A stretch of DNA of 57,966 bases, the filler included, from Bipalium vagum (lineage: Eukaryota): assembly GCA_037834085.1 (NCBI GenBank). It is 3 parts of 3 records of this genome, joined end to end, with 100 filler letters (N's around TTAATTAATTAA, not from the genome) between each part and the next. Parts side by side here need not be neighbours in the genome. Positions count along the whole stretch, not along the records: positions 1 to 18,988 come from JBBMKC010013918.1; positions 19,089 to 42,118 come from JBBMKC010214030.1; 1 more part is not named here. The stretch is one strand, 5' to 3'. This document shows, piece by piece, positions 13,440 through 27,460 of this stretch. Every line of letters starts with the position of its first letter. Position 1 is the first letter of the stretch. The position numbers and the translations under genes were made by a program. The notes under the pieces are model-generated. The model was given only the letters and a program-made list of their open reading frames with translations, made no database searches and had not been told where the DNA came from.

Positions 13440-14060
13440 AATTTTTTCATACTGATCCCTTGTAAAAATTTGAAAAAATCTTCTAACGTAAAGATGAAAG
13501 ATTTCATAACCAAAGCGGGTGCGTATTTGTTAAGTTTTGCTCAAAGTTGATTATTAATATGGGAAGATGTGTTTAGTCAACTTAACAAAGACTAATTGAA
13601 ACAGAACGATTTATATGCACATAAAGTCATGAGCCAGGTGTAAAAATAAGTTAATATTCAAAATGATAATAATAATATTAAAGTTAAATAAACACCAAAT
13701 CGATTATTAAATACTAAATAGAAAAATAAGAATTAAATCAAAAATAAAACGTTGTTTGATATCTGTAGTTTCATCTATTATAAAGGCAACTGGGTGTTCT
13801 TTATTTTCTACATTTTAACGATATAAATGGGCTTGACAATAACTGTTTCTAAGTGTACTTTCGTCTGGAATATGATGACTAGTTTATTTTCCCAAGAAAG
13901 CCTTATTGGCAGTGAATTGATTTTAAATAATTGAATTCCAGATTGCACAAATGTCTTGATTAAATTTAAAGTAAATTCATTTCCTATTGATGACTTCTCG
14001 TCAGAAAATAACTTAGTTTCTTTCAGGAATAATTGCTTCAAACAATTGTCGCATTTTAAA
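13440..14060 (-). mobile_element. hAT-related (CGGBP1/DUF659-like) transposase remnant
   Basis: NEFTLNLIKTFVQSGIQLFKIN followed, after a frameshift, by IPDESTLRNSY (PDESTLRK.Y motif). Confidence 0.55.
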
Positions 14061-14272
14061 CCCTAATTTATGTGATAAGCACTTTAAAAAGATTTCTAGT
14101 GCTTATCGTGATTATTAATAATAATGTCGTGTAATTGACATTTTAAAATTACCCCATTAGTGACTATTTATCTAACTGATATTGCTGGGAATGCTTTTTC
14201 AAATTTGTAAAAAGTAATGATCATATTATTAATTAAATTTGAAAAATCAATATTTTTAAATTATTGGGTTGA

Positions 14273-14500
14273 TTCATAAATTCGTTCGTTTTTTCTATAA
14301 AAACTTTAAAACAAATTTTAAATATAATATTTGCTTAAATATTAACATGTTGCACACCATTTGAAAGCTGAGAAAGAGACTATGCTACAAAGAAAATATG
14401 TGAAGTTGAACTGCTCAAAAGTGGTTCAAAAAATTCAAAAAGGTGACATGGACCTCAATGATTATCCTCGCAGTGGACGCCAATTACTATAGATGCTTAA
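14273..14500 (+). mobile_element. Mariner 5' end fragment
   Basis: tattgggttgattcataaattcg TIR-like start; KWFKKFKK..DMDLNDYPRSGRQ. Confidence 0.6.
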
Positions 14501-15186
14501 TTATGTGCAAAATATGGTAAGTTATAAATTATTTTCAAATTATAGTTTTTAATTTCTGTTTGGTATTATTTTTTCGTTTGAAAATTGTTACAATGAATTA
14601 TTTAAATATAACTATTTATATTTTTACTAAATTTCGATTTCTTTTGAAGTTGCTTTTTTTAAAATCTCGGTTGCTTCCACTTTGAGATCTTCCGGTTTAT
14701 TTGGTTTTGATTAGTCCTTTTCTGATTTTTTTGCGTTTACTGATTTTCCCGTCTTCTGAATTTTTTTTGTCACTTTATTTGCAATTTTTTGTCCACTTCA
14801 TTTCTTTTTCCTCGTGTATTTTGCATTCTTCCTATTTCTTTGGTTTTACTTTTAGTGATATCTGTGCGTTCTCATTTAGAGTATTTTTTGAGTCCTTTTC
14901 TACTGAAATGCTTCTGGATTCATATTATTTTATTTTTGTATTTTCTAAATTTAGCATTTTTAGATTTTGCTTTAAAATTTTTTAGCATATATCTATTTTC
15001 AGAAACCTTATTTTTATAATACTCAAATAATCTTAAAGAATATTTTTATATCAGATGAAATAGTAAAAATAATTCAACATATTATTACATATATTTCTGA
15101 ATAATTTCTATATATTTTTAATAGAATAATATATATTTTTCTATATATTTCTGCATAAACCTGTAAAAAGTACAACTTTAAGAAAA

Positions 15187-16020
15187 ATGAATTTAAATAC
15201 GTTGTTTAACTTTTCTATTTAATATTAATTTTAAAAATCAAACAGGAACAATTCGAATTTTATGTTAGACTCCTACGATATTCATTATCAGAATATTCAT
15301 TCTGATAATATATATGATGAAACAGTTATTTTTAAAACTTTTATTTGAAAATATAAATGAGTATATTATAGATTCAGCTAACACAGCCAGAAAAACAGAA
15401 ATTACAAGATGATTTGAAACAAGTCGATATTTCTACATTGTGATTTTAAATTACAATATAAAATCAATAGGTTCAAGAGGAAATTTCAGACTTACGTAAG
15501 AAATTATCTTTAAAACTACAACATGAGGCTGAGTTGAAAACAAAGTTGGGATATACATTATTGAATGACATCAAGAGTGGATTAAAAACTGTTAAAGATT
15601 CTGCAACGTTATTAATCTATTTTTAATAATACTTCCACTTATTTATAAATAGATATGCTAAAACCGTCAATGTGTTAACATCAATAAAAGAAAAGACATC
15701 GTCTGCGGCTGTGCAAACCAAAGAAGTGGTATCAAAGAACCTGCAAATTGCGAAGTAAATCAATATATTTCGTCATATAAGCTTTAATTAATAAAATTAT
15801 CAGAAACTCAAACATTTACAAAGAAGTTGGAATAAAAGTAGATTCATTCGTATCAACACTTAAAGTAACGTTTAAAGTCTGACAATAAATTCTTATTCTC
15901 TTGATATTCTAGGGTGCGTTTTACCAGGTAAACATGACACCTGCAATCGGTGAAAAAGAACCAGAATCACAAACACCAGCTCAAGATGTCAACACTGGTT
16001 GGCATCAAAATTTGTATTGA
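15187..16020 (+). CDS. TPD52: Tumour protein D52 family protein (TPD52/D53/D54-like)
   Basis: Seven exons (15187-15200, 15246-15324, 15372-15422, 15471-15607, 15653-15754, 15804-15864, 15913-16020) with 45-49 nt GT-AG introns, all in phase; LTQPEKQKLQDDLKQVQEEISDLRKKL..EAELKTKLG..VKDSATYAKT..KEKTSSA..KNSNIYK matches the D52 coiled coil and motifs; first exon least certain. Confidence 0.88.
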
Positions 16021-16745
16021 TTTACGATATAATTTTTGATTTCCTTGTGTTATTATTTGACACGTTTACAATACATTTTTTTCTTAAACTTCATTTTATG
16101 TAATATTATGAGAACTCTTAGCTATGTATATAATGCTTCCTAAAGATGAAAAACATTTAATTACTATTGATTCATCAAAAAAATTAGAAATCGTGGATAA
16201 AGAAAGTCGATTCTATTACCGCTTTATTAAGTAATCGTTATTATTTGAACACATTGCATATACATTGTGCCATTTTCTGAGCAGCACATAAGAGCTTGAC
16301 AAAATACTAATTTGTCAAAGCACACACTTGATTAGTTTCTGTAACTGATAGAATGAAGATTGGTTGATTTTGAATAATTAAAAAAAATAAAAAATACACA
16401 ACTTTTAATAGATTCAATTGATGACTAGATAGAGCGCGGTAAATACATTGACAGTCATTTACAAACATTACAAATACATGTGTGTGTCGGGAGATAGGGT
16501 GAGGAAAGTTCAGCATGGAAAGGATTCTGATGGTTTAAGTCAAAAATTGTAATACCAATAATAATAATAGTAACAATAATCACAAGTTGTGTCAAATCGG
16601 CCTATACACAAAATCATTTCTCTCTCTATATATACAACATGAGATCATAATCGGAGGAAAAAAGAAATTAAAGACCGTTGGTCGGTCATATTTTCGATAG
16701 GTTATTATTATTACTAGAAAAAACCTGAAAACGAATGAAATCAAG

Positions 16746-17020
16746 TTATAGGGGTTGCAGTGGAATAAAGGGAGCATTACCAACAGTTGTACCACCAAAA
16801 TGGTTATAAGGCATTTGGACGTGAGAATAAGCCTGGGATGATGATACTGGTGTGGAACCGGTTGCAGTGAATTTAATGGGAGAGGAAGATCCGGATTGGT
16901 TCTGGTGTGCCAGGGGAGGCTTGTTGTTTGAATCTAAAGCGAAATGGTCCCTTCCCAAAATTGAAACCGGATATCCATTTGAAAGCATATGGTGTGCCTG
17001 TAACATATTTCCAGCCCGAC
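16746..17020 (-). CDS. Terminal coding exon of an unidentified minus-strand gene
   Basis: Acceptor tttcataaag|, phase 1, GC-richer S/P/H/Q-rich frame GRAGNMLQAHHMLSNGYP...GNAPFIPLQPL-TAA; UTR-like tail to a minus-strand AATAAA at 16223-16228. Confidence 0.7.
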
Positions 17021-17129
17021 CTTTATGAAACATGAATAAAATTAGCTTTAAAAATTGTAATTTTTTGATAAGGGAACAAAAAGGCAAACTGAGAATTAAG
17101 ATTATAGTTTTAAAAATTATTCATCAAAA

Positions 17130-18232
17130 TATTCTACTAAAAGCTTAATTCATTTGTTCCAGTGGTTCTCCAAATTATTTAGCCAATCCGGAAAATGATT
17201 TTCTGGAAGCCCTTTAAAATACTCTTACAGTTCGTAAGGCTTCATCATTTGATGATAATCGATAACCACGTAGAAAATTGTTAGATTTGAGAACAAATGA
17301 AAATCAGGCGGTACCAGATCTGGTAAATGTGGTGGATATTTCAACAATTCAATAATGTTGGCATTGAAAAACCGAATTTTTGAGTCGTGATAAAATTGAT
17401 TTTTTTCTTGGATAAGTCAGGTCTTTTCTCATGATTTTTTTTTCATTTAATTGATATAAAGGGAATACATTCAATTGTTATTGTTTTATCAGTTTGAAGA
17501 TAATAATGCCTTTAGAATCTCAGGAAACTTGATATCATAACCTTTTTCAACCAATTTGCTGCTTAGGAGCTGACAAATCGAACTGTGTCTACTCTGTGCT
17601 TTGTTGTCTCAATAGAAGATCATAAGGGTCAAGATTTAATCAATTTTTATAAAGCGCCATTTTATTCTTCATAAAGGGCCAAATGTTGGGTAGTTAGTTT
17701 TAGATCAAAGTTTTTTTTAGATCAAAATTTAACAAATGACACCAATCTCACAGTTTTCTGAAGCCAAACTTCTCCTTCAAAATATGTAACACACATTCAG
17801 TTGAGATTTCAGCGCTCCCATAGATTTTAATCATCATATGAAATGTGGGATTAATTATTATTTGCGATGATGCATTTATGGGTCGTTATATTCAGTGATC
17901 TCACACCAACGTCGAAATATCAGAGTCCACTTGTAAACCATGGATTTTGATGGCAAAGTATCACCAATGACTTTTACCATTTCATTATAGATGTGCATGT
18001 TTCAAACCTTTTTTACAAACAAATTGATAACAGCGTGTTCAAATTTTCCATTCGAAAAGCACGCAAACTTTAAACTTTATTAAAGTAAAAATTAATTTGA
18101 TAAATGACCGTTAAAACATTTAATGAGGTAATATGAATAATGAATTTTTAAAACTGCATATAATTTGTAGTTATAAAACTGAACAAAAGTGGCGAATAAT
18201 GAATTCCACGAACTTTCTAATTAGTCTAGGAT
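17130..18232 (-). mobile_element. Degenerate mariner transposon
   Basis: Minus strand reads MENF..AVINLFVK, YPPHLPDLVPPDF and LRGYRLSSNDE; end acgaactttctaattagtctaggata. Confidence 0.8.
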
Positions 18233-18914
18233 ATTAGGTTTTTAAATAAATTACATTATTTCTTTATTGACGATTTTATGAAATAAATTTAATTAAGTGA
18301 AAGAAAATGATATCTTTTAAAGCTCGTCAAAACAAAAATACAAAATATTTCAAATATTTTTCAATCTGAAGAAACAACAATAGATATTTTTTAATTTTTT
18401 CATTATATGTGGTCAAATTTTGAAGTTTGTATTTTACCAATTGTATGCATGACGTTAAAAATTCTTTTTAACAAATTTATTACAATCAATAATTGTAGCC
18501 CTAAAGAGGACTGTTAACATTCTCATTAACAAAAATATTCAAAAAATCTGGTTTAAACAAAACAATGTCAAACTGTTTTGAATCTATTTGAAAATTCAAA
18601 ATTTTACTATTGAAATAACGTTAAAATGGAAGAAAACTAATCTGGTCGTCGCATTCTCCAAAGAACTCCAAAAATTGTTACCAAATGAAATATTTTTATT
18701 TTCAAAACAATTTAAACAGAAAAGCACGTTTTTCTAAAGTAATGGTAATAATAATAGTTGGAAATAAAAGACTTGGAATTTTTAAAAAAATTTAAATTGA
18801 CTTCATTACTAAAATTATAAATTAGAATTAAAAATGATAAGCATTCAGCCCAATTCCTTTACTTAAAACATCTGATTAACTAACTTACACAAAATTAATT
18901 TTAAAATACATAAT

Positions 18915-18988
18915 ACATGGTTGGGCTGAAAAGTCCTTAGAATGGAACCGAAAAAATTTAAATATTGAAATGATATTTTGAAATCTGG
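18915..18988 (+). mobile_element. Mariner-type terminal inverted repeat cut by the assembly spacer
   Basis: tacatggttgggctgaaaagtcc immediately before the N run. Confidence 0.5.
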
Positions 18989-19088
18989 NNNNNNNNNNNN
19001 NNNNNNNNNNNNNNNNNNNNNNNNNNNNNNNNTTAATTAATTAANNNNNNNNNNNNNNNNNNNNNNNNNNNNNNNNNNNNNNNNNNNN
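18989..19088. other. Artificial assembly spacer (44N-TTAATTAATTAA-44N)
   Basis: Exactly 100 nt with a six-frame-stop 12-mer at 19033-19044; identical to the second spacer. Confidence 0.97.
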
Positions 19089-19517
19089 TAAATAATTAAA
19101 TTATATATAAAAATAATTTCGATTTAATTTAGTTTTATAATGTAATTTACTAGTTTAAAGGCAAGTTAATGTTTAAATTTCAAATAATCTTATATTTAAA
19201 AATTATTATCTTAATGTTTTACAATCAATAATATTTAAGACTGAAATATTTTTGCCCGGAAATTTCTACTTAACAATTGTTGATTATTGTTTCACTGATT
19301 TATAGTTTTAATTTAAACAATAATTTTTTCTGACATCTAAATGGAATATTGATTGATTTTTATTTTAATTAATTAATTATTAATGTCAGTAAAAAATCAC
19401 GTTGATTTTTATACTTTTAATTTTTACATTGCTAGTTACATATCAGCCGAAACGTTTTTGGTTTTGTATACTTTAACATCTTTTTTTAAAACTTAAAAAT
19501 TTGAAGATTTCTGCTTT

Positions 19518-19521
<4 letters not shown>

Positions 19522-19573
<52 letters not shown>
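19522..19573. repeat. (ATT)n microsatellite
   Basis: Direct reading; it produces the spurious poly-Ile ORF 19501-19767. Confidence 0.95.
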
Positions 19574-19574
<1 letters not shown>

Positions 19575-20870
19575 CATCATATTATTTTATGAATCAATAA
19601 TATTATTATACTTCTACATTAATTTTGTTCAATATGAAATTTTTTTACTTTCAAGAAAATTTTTTGCTATATTCCATAGTATAGACTTTGAGTTCGGAAT
19701 TTTTCATGTTTATTTTGATCAGCTCTATGTCTTCCTCTCGTCAAAATGGTTAGATTATTTTTTGTAACGTGTTGTGTTCATGTAATCACTGTCTCAACAT
19801 ATCTTTAACCCGATTCTTTTCATGGTTGATTTGTTTCAATAAACCGAAAAAAGAAAACCAATCCATATTTTCATTATTGTACTTAGTCTATTTCACCGAA
19901 TACTCTAATAATTATTAAAGTAACTTTATTTTATTTCAAGATCAACAATCACATGAAAAATTGATTTTAGGCCACCCAATTAATAATGTTATTTACATTG
20001 ACAAACGACGTTTGTTTGAACATTACATAAATGGCATCAACATTGTTGTTTGTGTTGTTGGCAAGAAATGGTTTAGACTTCTTTCATAAAAATCAGATCA
20101 ATTTGATAAGACCAGCAAGATCTTGTATCAAATCTTTGTCTGTAGGTTTTCACCGATTTATTCTTGAGATTGTTGTTGTCGTCGTGGTCGTCGTCTTCGT
20201 TTTGGTCACTTTTGTTATTTTTGTTGTTCCAGTCGCTAAATAACATCACACAAAGCAAAACAAGTATTTTACACAATGTTCGACATTATTGTAGACATGA
20301 GCCTGTCTAATTCGTTAAAAACAACTAATTATTGATATGATCCAACAACTTGAACATCGAACTCAATTGTTACGTACCATTAAGCGATTTGAGCTGAAAT
20401 AATAATAATAATAAAGTATTATTTGTTTTTACAATATCATGCGAGATAAGTGAATTAAACATATTTCTCTTTGAAGATAAATTTTCAAAAATATAAATAA
20501 TATTTGAATTACTTCCAAAAATTATATAATTTTTTTTATTTTTATCAGAGAAAACTTTATTTTTTAATTTTTAAAATATAGTTTAAATATATTAAATTTA
20601 CTTTAATATGTTAAGAAAAATGGTTTGAAGAGTTGAGCTTATTAATTCTACTTTCGCCGCACTTCAACAAAGTGGTCTATAATATTATATTATTAGTGGA
20701 ATCCTTTAAAGATCAGATTATAAGTCCATGACGTTGCTGTCACTGATTAAAAAAGGTTAATAAGTTATAAATAATTATAAGTTATATGATTATCATTAGA
20801 TTGAAATGTCACTAGATTTATAGTACCCTAAAGTTTCACTCCTAACCCGCACACGTATTATTCAATACAG

Positions 20871-23575
20871 ACATGGTACTATATGTAATTAGTAAATTAA
20901 ACTATTTGGTAAGTTTTTATTTAAAATTTAAAATATCCAAGAAAATCATAAAATATCCAGATAAAGGAAATTTTTGAATATGCAGAAATTCATGGATCAG
21001 AAAAGCTGGATGGTCTTTAAGACTGACGAAAGTATTATTAGTGATTGGTGAAAAATACAGTCTATGTGGTCAAAAAAAGACCAATGAGATCATAAAGGTT
21101 GTTTTGGCCAGATGTAGAAACAGAACTGGAAAATTGATTTAACTGCCACATAATTAAGAAGAATTTTTATTGAAGGAAAGATTCAATATATTGATGCAAA
21201 GCCTATATGACATATGGATGAATCTGATGAAAGTTTTATTGTTTTTTATTTACCATTAAGTAACAGTTGTCACATCTATCGGTGTTACATAATAGTTTAA
21301 ATCTATTTAGGTATTTTGATAAGAAAACCCGTACTTTTAGAAATACAGAGTTCTCAAAAAAATTATTATATTATTATTATTATATATATATTTATCATTA
21401 TTGCCTGTTTTATAGTTTGTTTAAATACTCCAATAACTGGTAAGAAATGACTGCTATTTTAAATCTATAAATTTATTCTTAAAGGTTGAATCATGAAAGC
21501 TAGGTTGAACTTTGAGCAGAGAAAATTTATTATGAAAAATGATTTCAAGTTTGAAATCATAGAGGTATAGACCCTTTTCAAGAAAGTATTTCAAATAGAT
21601 TCTCCAATCAGTCGAATATAGGATAAATTCGAAAAATTTGGGACTATTAATAATGTCAACAAGATCTGTTCTGGAAGACAGAGAATATCGACAAGTACCA
21701 CAAAGGATACTGGAATTGTTTAATCAAATCCCACAAGCATCTTTGAGATAAGCAAGTCTTGAGCTAGGAATCTCAAAAGATTCTGTTCACCGAATTTTGA
21801 AACGCTGCCACATAAAATGCATTTCATTAGACTTCTAATTTATAATTAATTTAAGTTTGTATACATTTTTTGAGGCACTCTGTATATCAAGATCTATTTT
21901 TCACAAAATTTTACTATTCCGAAAGAAATATAATTTTCAAATTATAAACACTAAAAATAACTGTTGTTGGTTCAGGATCTCTAAAAATAATACCAGTAAC
22001 ATAAAGATAACACAAAGCTGTAAAGAACAAAAAGTTGGCTTCTAGCTTCTCATCGGTTTGACATGGATCTTCATAAACTAAAACTTTTAAAAATTGTATT
22101 GAATACAAACCTTCTAGTTATACCGCAATTTTTGCCTGATGAAAAATGTGCAAATACCCGATTCTCTCATTATTACCTGGAAAAAATCGAATAATCGTTC
22201 CACATTTTTCAGTATTCATGTCGACTGTAATTATCGTAATGGAATTCAGAAATTTAAAAACTGAATGTAATTTTAATATTAAAACAAAATGAAATACCAT
22301 ATAATTTATTTTTATAAAATTTCAAATTCATTCTTTCATGAACGGTGAACATAAAAATTCTATGGAAATCAGATTTTTATAATACATGATTAAACTTAAA
22401 AATGCACGATAATTTAACTTGATATATTTCGTTAGTATGAAAACTGTAAAAGAACTAAAGGATTTTCAAATATATATAAGTTTGTTTGACACAGTTTTGT
22501 GAAAATTTTAATGTTTTTTGTAAAAAATAATTTGAAAAATCGAAACTGACAGGAGTTAACATTTTTGATGAAATGTAGATTCGCTTTGTGTTGTGATAAA
22601 GGATGTGGAAGGTAATGCCATCGAAAGCATAAATATCCATGGATACGAATGTGGAATAAAAGGAGTGGAATTTGTTTTCATTGGAATGAAAGACTGCTAT
22701 TCCATTCGGTTCAAAGATATCAATAAGATGATGGAGCTCGAGGAAACACTGAAAAAGTACATTAATGGTGAGTTTGAATTACAATTGTAAATTACCAATT
22801 GATATTGTTTCCTTTTTAACAATATATTTATTAATAATGACACTTTTATGAAAGAAAAATATCATAAGAGAAATTCTATTTTTTAAATGAAATAACATTG
22901 TAATTTGTGAAAGCTTTTAATAATAAAGTAATAAATAATTATCTTTTTATTTTTTGATTTTTATGCCATTTTCAGCAGCATAGACTTAAGACAAAGTCCT
23001 TTTAATTGATGGTTCAAGAGACTTAATTTTATATTATTAATTAAAAATTAATTGCGCTGACAGAAATGTGAATGACAGATATTTTTTAATTTAATTAATT
23101 ATAATGAACTACTTCTTTGATCGTGAATAATATTTTACTTTTGTCAATAATTCTTCAATAACAATAAAATGCACTAATTATAAAGTGATATGAAAATTCA
23201 AAATTAATTTTATAAAAAAATATTTTTTTTCGAATGAAAATAATAATATTTCAAATAATTAATAAATAAAATTGATTTATTGCCATAAGAAGAAAATTGA
23301 TTTAATTATCTATTATCTATTAATTTTAATTATATAATAATTTTAAAACATTTTTATAATATTATTATCATTATATTAAAATTATGTATTATTTATTTAA
23401 TTGGACTTTACTCACGGATATTTATTCCTTTTCGTTAATTATTTAGTTTTTTTGTTTTAATTAAATTAATTAAAATACTAAAACTATGTTGATGCTCTCA
23501 AAATCTTATACTTAATACGAATGATTTGATTGATTTATTTATTTTTAGAATTTATATTATTATTAGACTAAAACA

Positions 23576-23620
<45 letters not shown>

Positions 23621-26600
23621 ATTATTATTATTATTATTAGAAATCAGTTTTATTTAATCAATTATTAAAGTTCATTTATATTATTTTATTTTTTTCAAAA
23701 GGTTTTTAGTATTTCGTTTTAATTGTACTTAAATCAATTTATGACAATTTCAATATTAAAAGTCAAATAAATAAATGAATTAAAATATTTTTAGACTTAT
23801 TTATTATTTAAACTTCTTTGTATTTATTATTTATATTTCTAATGCGAATTTATATATTTATACGACCAGTGAAAAAAACCATTCCTGTTCGCAAATATTT
23901 TTATACAATTAGTTTGGTTTGAAATGAAAACTATTATGAAATTATAAATTGATTTATTTCAAACAAAATTGTTTTATCAATATGTTGTCTGAATTGAGCA
24001 CCTTAATTTTTCGTTGTGTGATATTATTTTCTTCAATATCCGTGAAAATTTACGATAAATACGTGAATGTTTACCAAAACAAAATAATCGATTTCGGTAT
24101 TATTAAAAATTGGATTAACCTATTTGAACACGAAGAACACGATTTCTGGAAGCAATATAGAATTGAAAGTTCGAAAGTTTTTGGTCAATAAATCAGAAAT
24201 TATACTTTTAAAAACTGTCATGAAAATTCCTGAAACTGATCACTTCTAGAATATAGGAGCGCGAAGTGAAAAATTTTTGGTTAAAATATGATTTAACTTC
24301 CCTGTGACCTCTGAAGACCCCTAGCTAATAAACTGATATCCCTATCGATTCTACAATGTTTGATACCTTGGGTAGTCGGATCGGATCATTTAGTCTGGAG
24401 TTGTTGAAAGTTTTAGTTCGTAATGTGAGAGATAGGAAATCCCGTTTATATTGGCGCCAGAATATGTGCTCCCATAGCGTTGTTTTCTGTACTTGGATCG
24501 AAGCCAGCAGCCTCTTGATAGATGTCGACGTCCTGCGACGATTGGTGTTAGTGCAGTCTTCAGAATATTGTCAGAAAACGTGACAGTTAAATCAAAAAAG
24601 ATCCAAATTGTGTTTTTATGTTGAATCTCTTATTTATTTGTTTTTTCTTACATTATACAACCATTCAGATGTTTCATATTTCATGGAACTTTATGACTGT
24701 GACAAAGAAGATTCAATATTAATTGTCAAGCATTGGTACCGTTTTCACGTTCAGTTACACCGGATCTGTCTGACGTCCGATGTACACAAAGGACAAGAAG
24801 TGATGAAGATTTGGAACATTTTCAACATTGGCGAAATCAATTTGAGTGATTGTTTTCTGAATATTGAAATCAAAAGTGCTAAAGGTAATGGAACGTCGTA
24901 ATGTTTTCATTGAACATGATGTTGATCTATAAACATTGGTGATAGAATGTGCCATTTATACCTTCCATCACGACAACAAAAAAGTCTTGAACGACATCCA
25001 TAATGCTTTGAATGAAAGAATTCTTAAGTATAATTAATTTTTTGGATTTCTAATGTATCTATCTCAACAATCCATTTTCGTGATAGAGCACCTTTCTCGA
25101 GAATTGATCAGAATCATTTGGAAAGAAGACGATGTGAATATGTCGATTTGAAAAGGTTCAACAGTTGCTCGAACTCCAGAGAAATGACTCAAAGCCATCG
25201 GATAAGAACTTTGAGTTCTATTGAAACTCAAACATCGGACTATGGTACTCATTTTATTTTTTTTAATATATATTTTTAATATCAAATATTATTTTTATGG
25301 ATAAATAATAAATAAAATGATATTAAGTATACTATGAAATTATATGGATAAATATTTACAATAAAAAAATTCGGATCATGTTTTTTTAGCTGCAACTACA
25401 TAATGCTTATGGTACGAAAAAGGTACAATTATGTACTCGATTCCATCGGTTGGAACACCCATCACTGTACTGTTTATTAATTTAATATTTATTTCTTTAT
25501 TATCAACATGTAAAAATTTAAATCGGTCAAAAAACATGATCCAATAATTCTAAGAAATTAAATAAATAATTAATAAAATAAATGAATTTTTGAAAAAAAT
25601 TAAATATTTCTTAGTTTGATAATTTATTTTACTGTAAATAAATAAATAAAATAACAATAATTGTCACTTATTTATACTAATATAATTAATTAAAGTAATT
25701 TTTTTAATAATAATAATTTATATAAAAAATAAAAATATTTTTAAAATAAATAAAAATTATTATTCATTTATCCTAATATAATTAATTTGAATAATAATTA
25801 TTAAAAAAAATAATTTTTTAATATTTAAGAATTTTTTATAAATTTTTTTAATTCAGCAATATAATAAATATTTTTTTTAAAATGATTTTTTAATAAATAT
25901 AGCGAGTCCTAAAAAAAATTTAAAACCTATGTTTTCCAGAAATCATGTAACATTTTTTGACCAATATTCAAATACTTCAACATGACATAAATTTATGTTC
26001 ATCGTCTCTAAATCGATTCAACTCAAGAGTCAACTTGTGTGTTGTCTGTCTTCCCAAGAATTATTCTAGGAAAATTTCTTTTCATGGACGTATTTGACTG
26101 AGTTTATTCTTTTCCTTTACTCTAAATTGCGGAATATGAAGCGATAAATTAGGTTCATGTCAGGAGAATGAGGTGGTTGTGGTTATGTTTGATTATATTC
26201 TGCTTCAAAAAAAGGTTATTTTCCTACATAAAGAAGAGGTTTCCAAGTTGATGTTTGTTCTTCAGATTTTGCAGGAACTCAACGTTTCGAACATTATAAA
26301 TGGATCTGCTTTACTGCACAATCTGTAAATATATATCTGCCCATATTTAAAATATATTTTACACAAAATATAAATGCGTTATTATGAACACTGTTTTTGT
26401 AACCCTGTCTAATATTTCGTTAATAGTATTAGTTTTCTTATGATATAAATTAGTTATTTTCTTATGTCGAAATAATTTTAATCAATTTTTTCCTATTTTT
26501 TTAATCAGTTGTAAAATTATTAAATGACATTTTTTAATATTTTCAAAAACAAATAAGTAAATTTAATTAATTTTAATTGGTTATTTTTATTTTATATTTT

Positions 26601-27392
26601 TCTCATTTAAAAACTGTTTTAATCATTATAGAAATTAATTGTAATGATTAAATCGATAAAGGAAATTTTGTAATTATAATTAAAAATAATAATTTTAATG
26701 ATATTACATTGACATTTTTTCACTTAATTCTAAAAAAATAGTAATATTAATAATAGTTAAAATATTATTGTAAATTTTACTTTCATTGTTAATTATTATT
26801 ATTATTATTATTAAAATAGATGATTTTTTTTTCATTTTTAAAAATACTTTTTGCGAAACTCGACAGACTGATCTCCAAATTGGAACCCTCTGTCGTTGTG
26901 AACAATTGTTCAAAGAGCAATTTTCTTGTCAGTTATTGAATGGCATCTCGTGATTCCTCTGTATTCTCATTTTAACTGCGATCTATTTTTGACAGCCTCA
27001 CGTGCCTATGGTAATTAGAGTGTTCACATCTCATGATGTATAGGTCTCTATCAATCTGTCTATTTATGTCTCTCTCTGTGTTTGGTTTTTAACATATGCA
27101 CCGTTATTATCTTCACCATCATCATGACCACCGCCACCACCATCATCATCATTGGCTGGTTCCTCGCTGTACCGTATTGATTTTTATTATATTTTTCACA
27201 ATTGGATGTCTGGTTTTCACATTTTTACTCAAACTAACATTTCTCGTTGAAGAGTTTTATGAAAACTCGGAGGAGAAATTGAAATTGAAAAACCATGAAA
27301 TACTTTTTTAAAGTTTTGTTTCTGCGTTATCTTCAACTTTTCTTTTTTAAGTTTTGTATTCGTTTTAATTTCTCATTGATCACCTTATAATA

Positions 27393-27460
<68 letters not shown>

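Noticed and set aside
14701-15019. Phe-rich plus-strand ORFs
   Set aside because: Antisense shadows of an A-rich minus-strand segment
19033-19044. TTAATTAATTAA as a biological motif (piggyBac site or palindrome)
   Set aside because: Centred in exactly 44+44 Ns twice; assembly spacer
19501-19767. Poly-Ile membrane-protein ORF (also 28563-28895 and 26704-26913)
   Set aside because: Produced by ATT microsatellites and AT-rich low complexity
20600-20870. First coding exon of the docking protein (e.g. MTLLSLIKKG at 20728)
   Set aside because: Every splice combination tried hit a stop or the wrong phase
21914-22300. Minus-strand exon chain (VDMNTEKCGTIIRFFPG..VYEDPCQTDEK)
   Set aside because: Overlaps the in-phase plus-strand exon 21976-22033 and gives no recognisable protein; left unresolved
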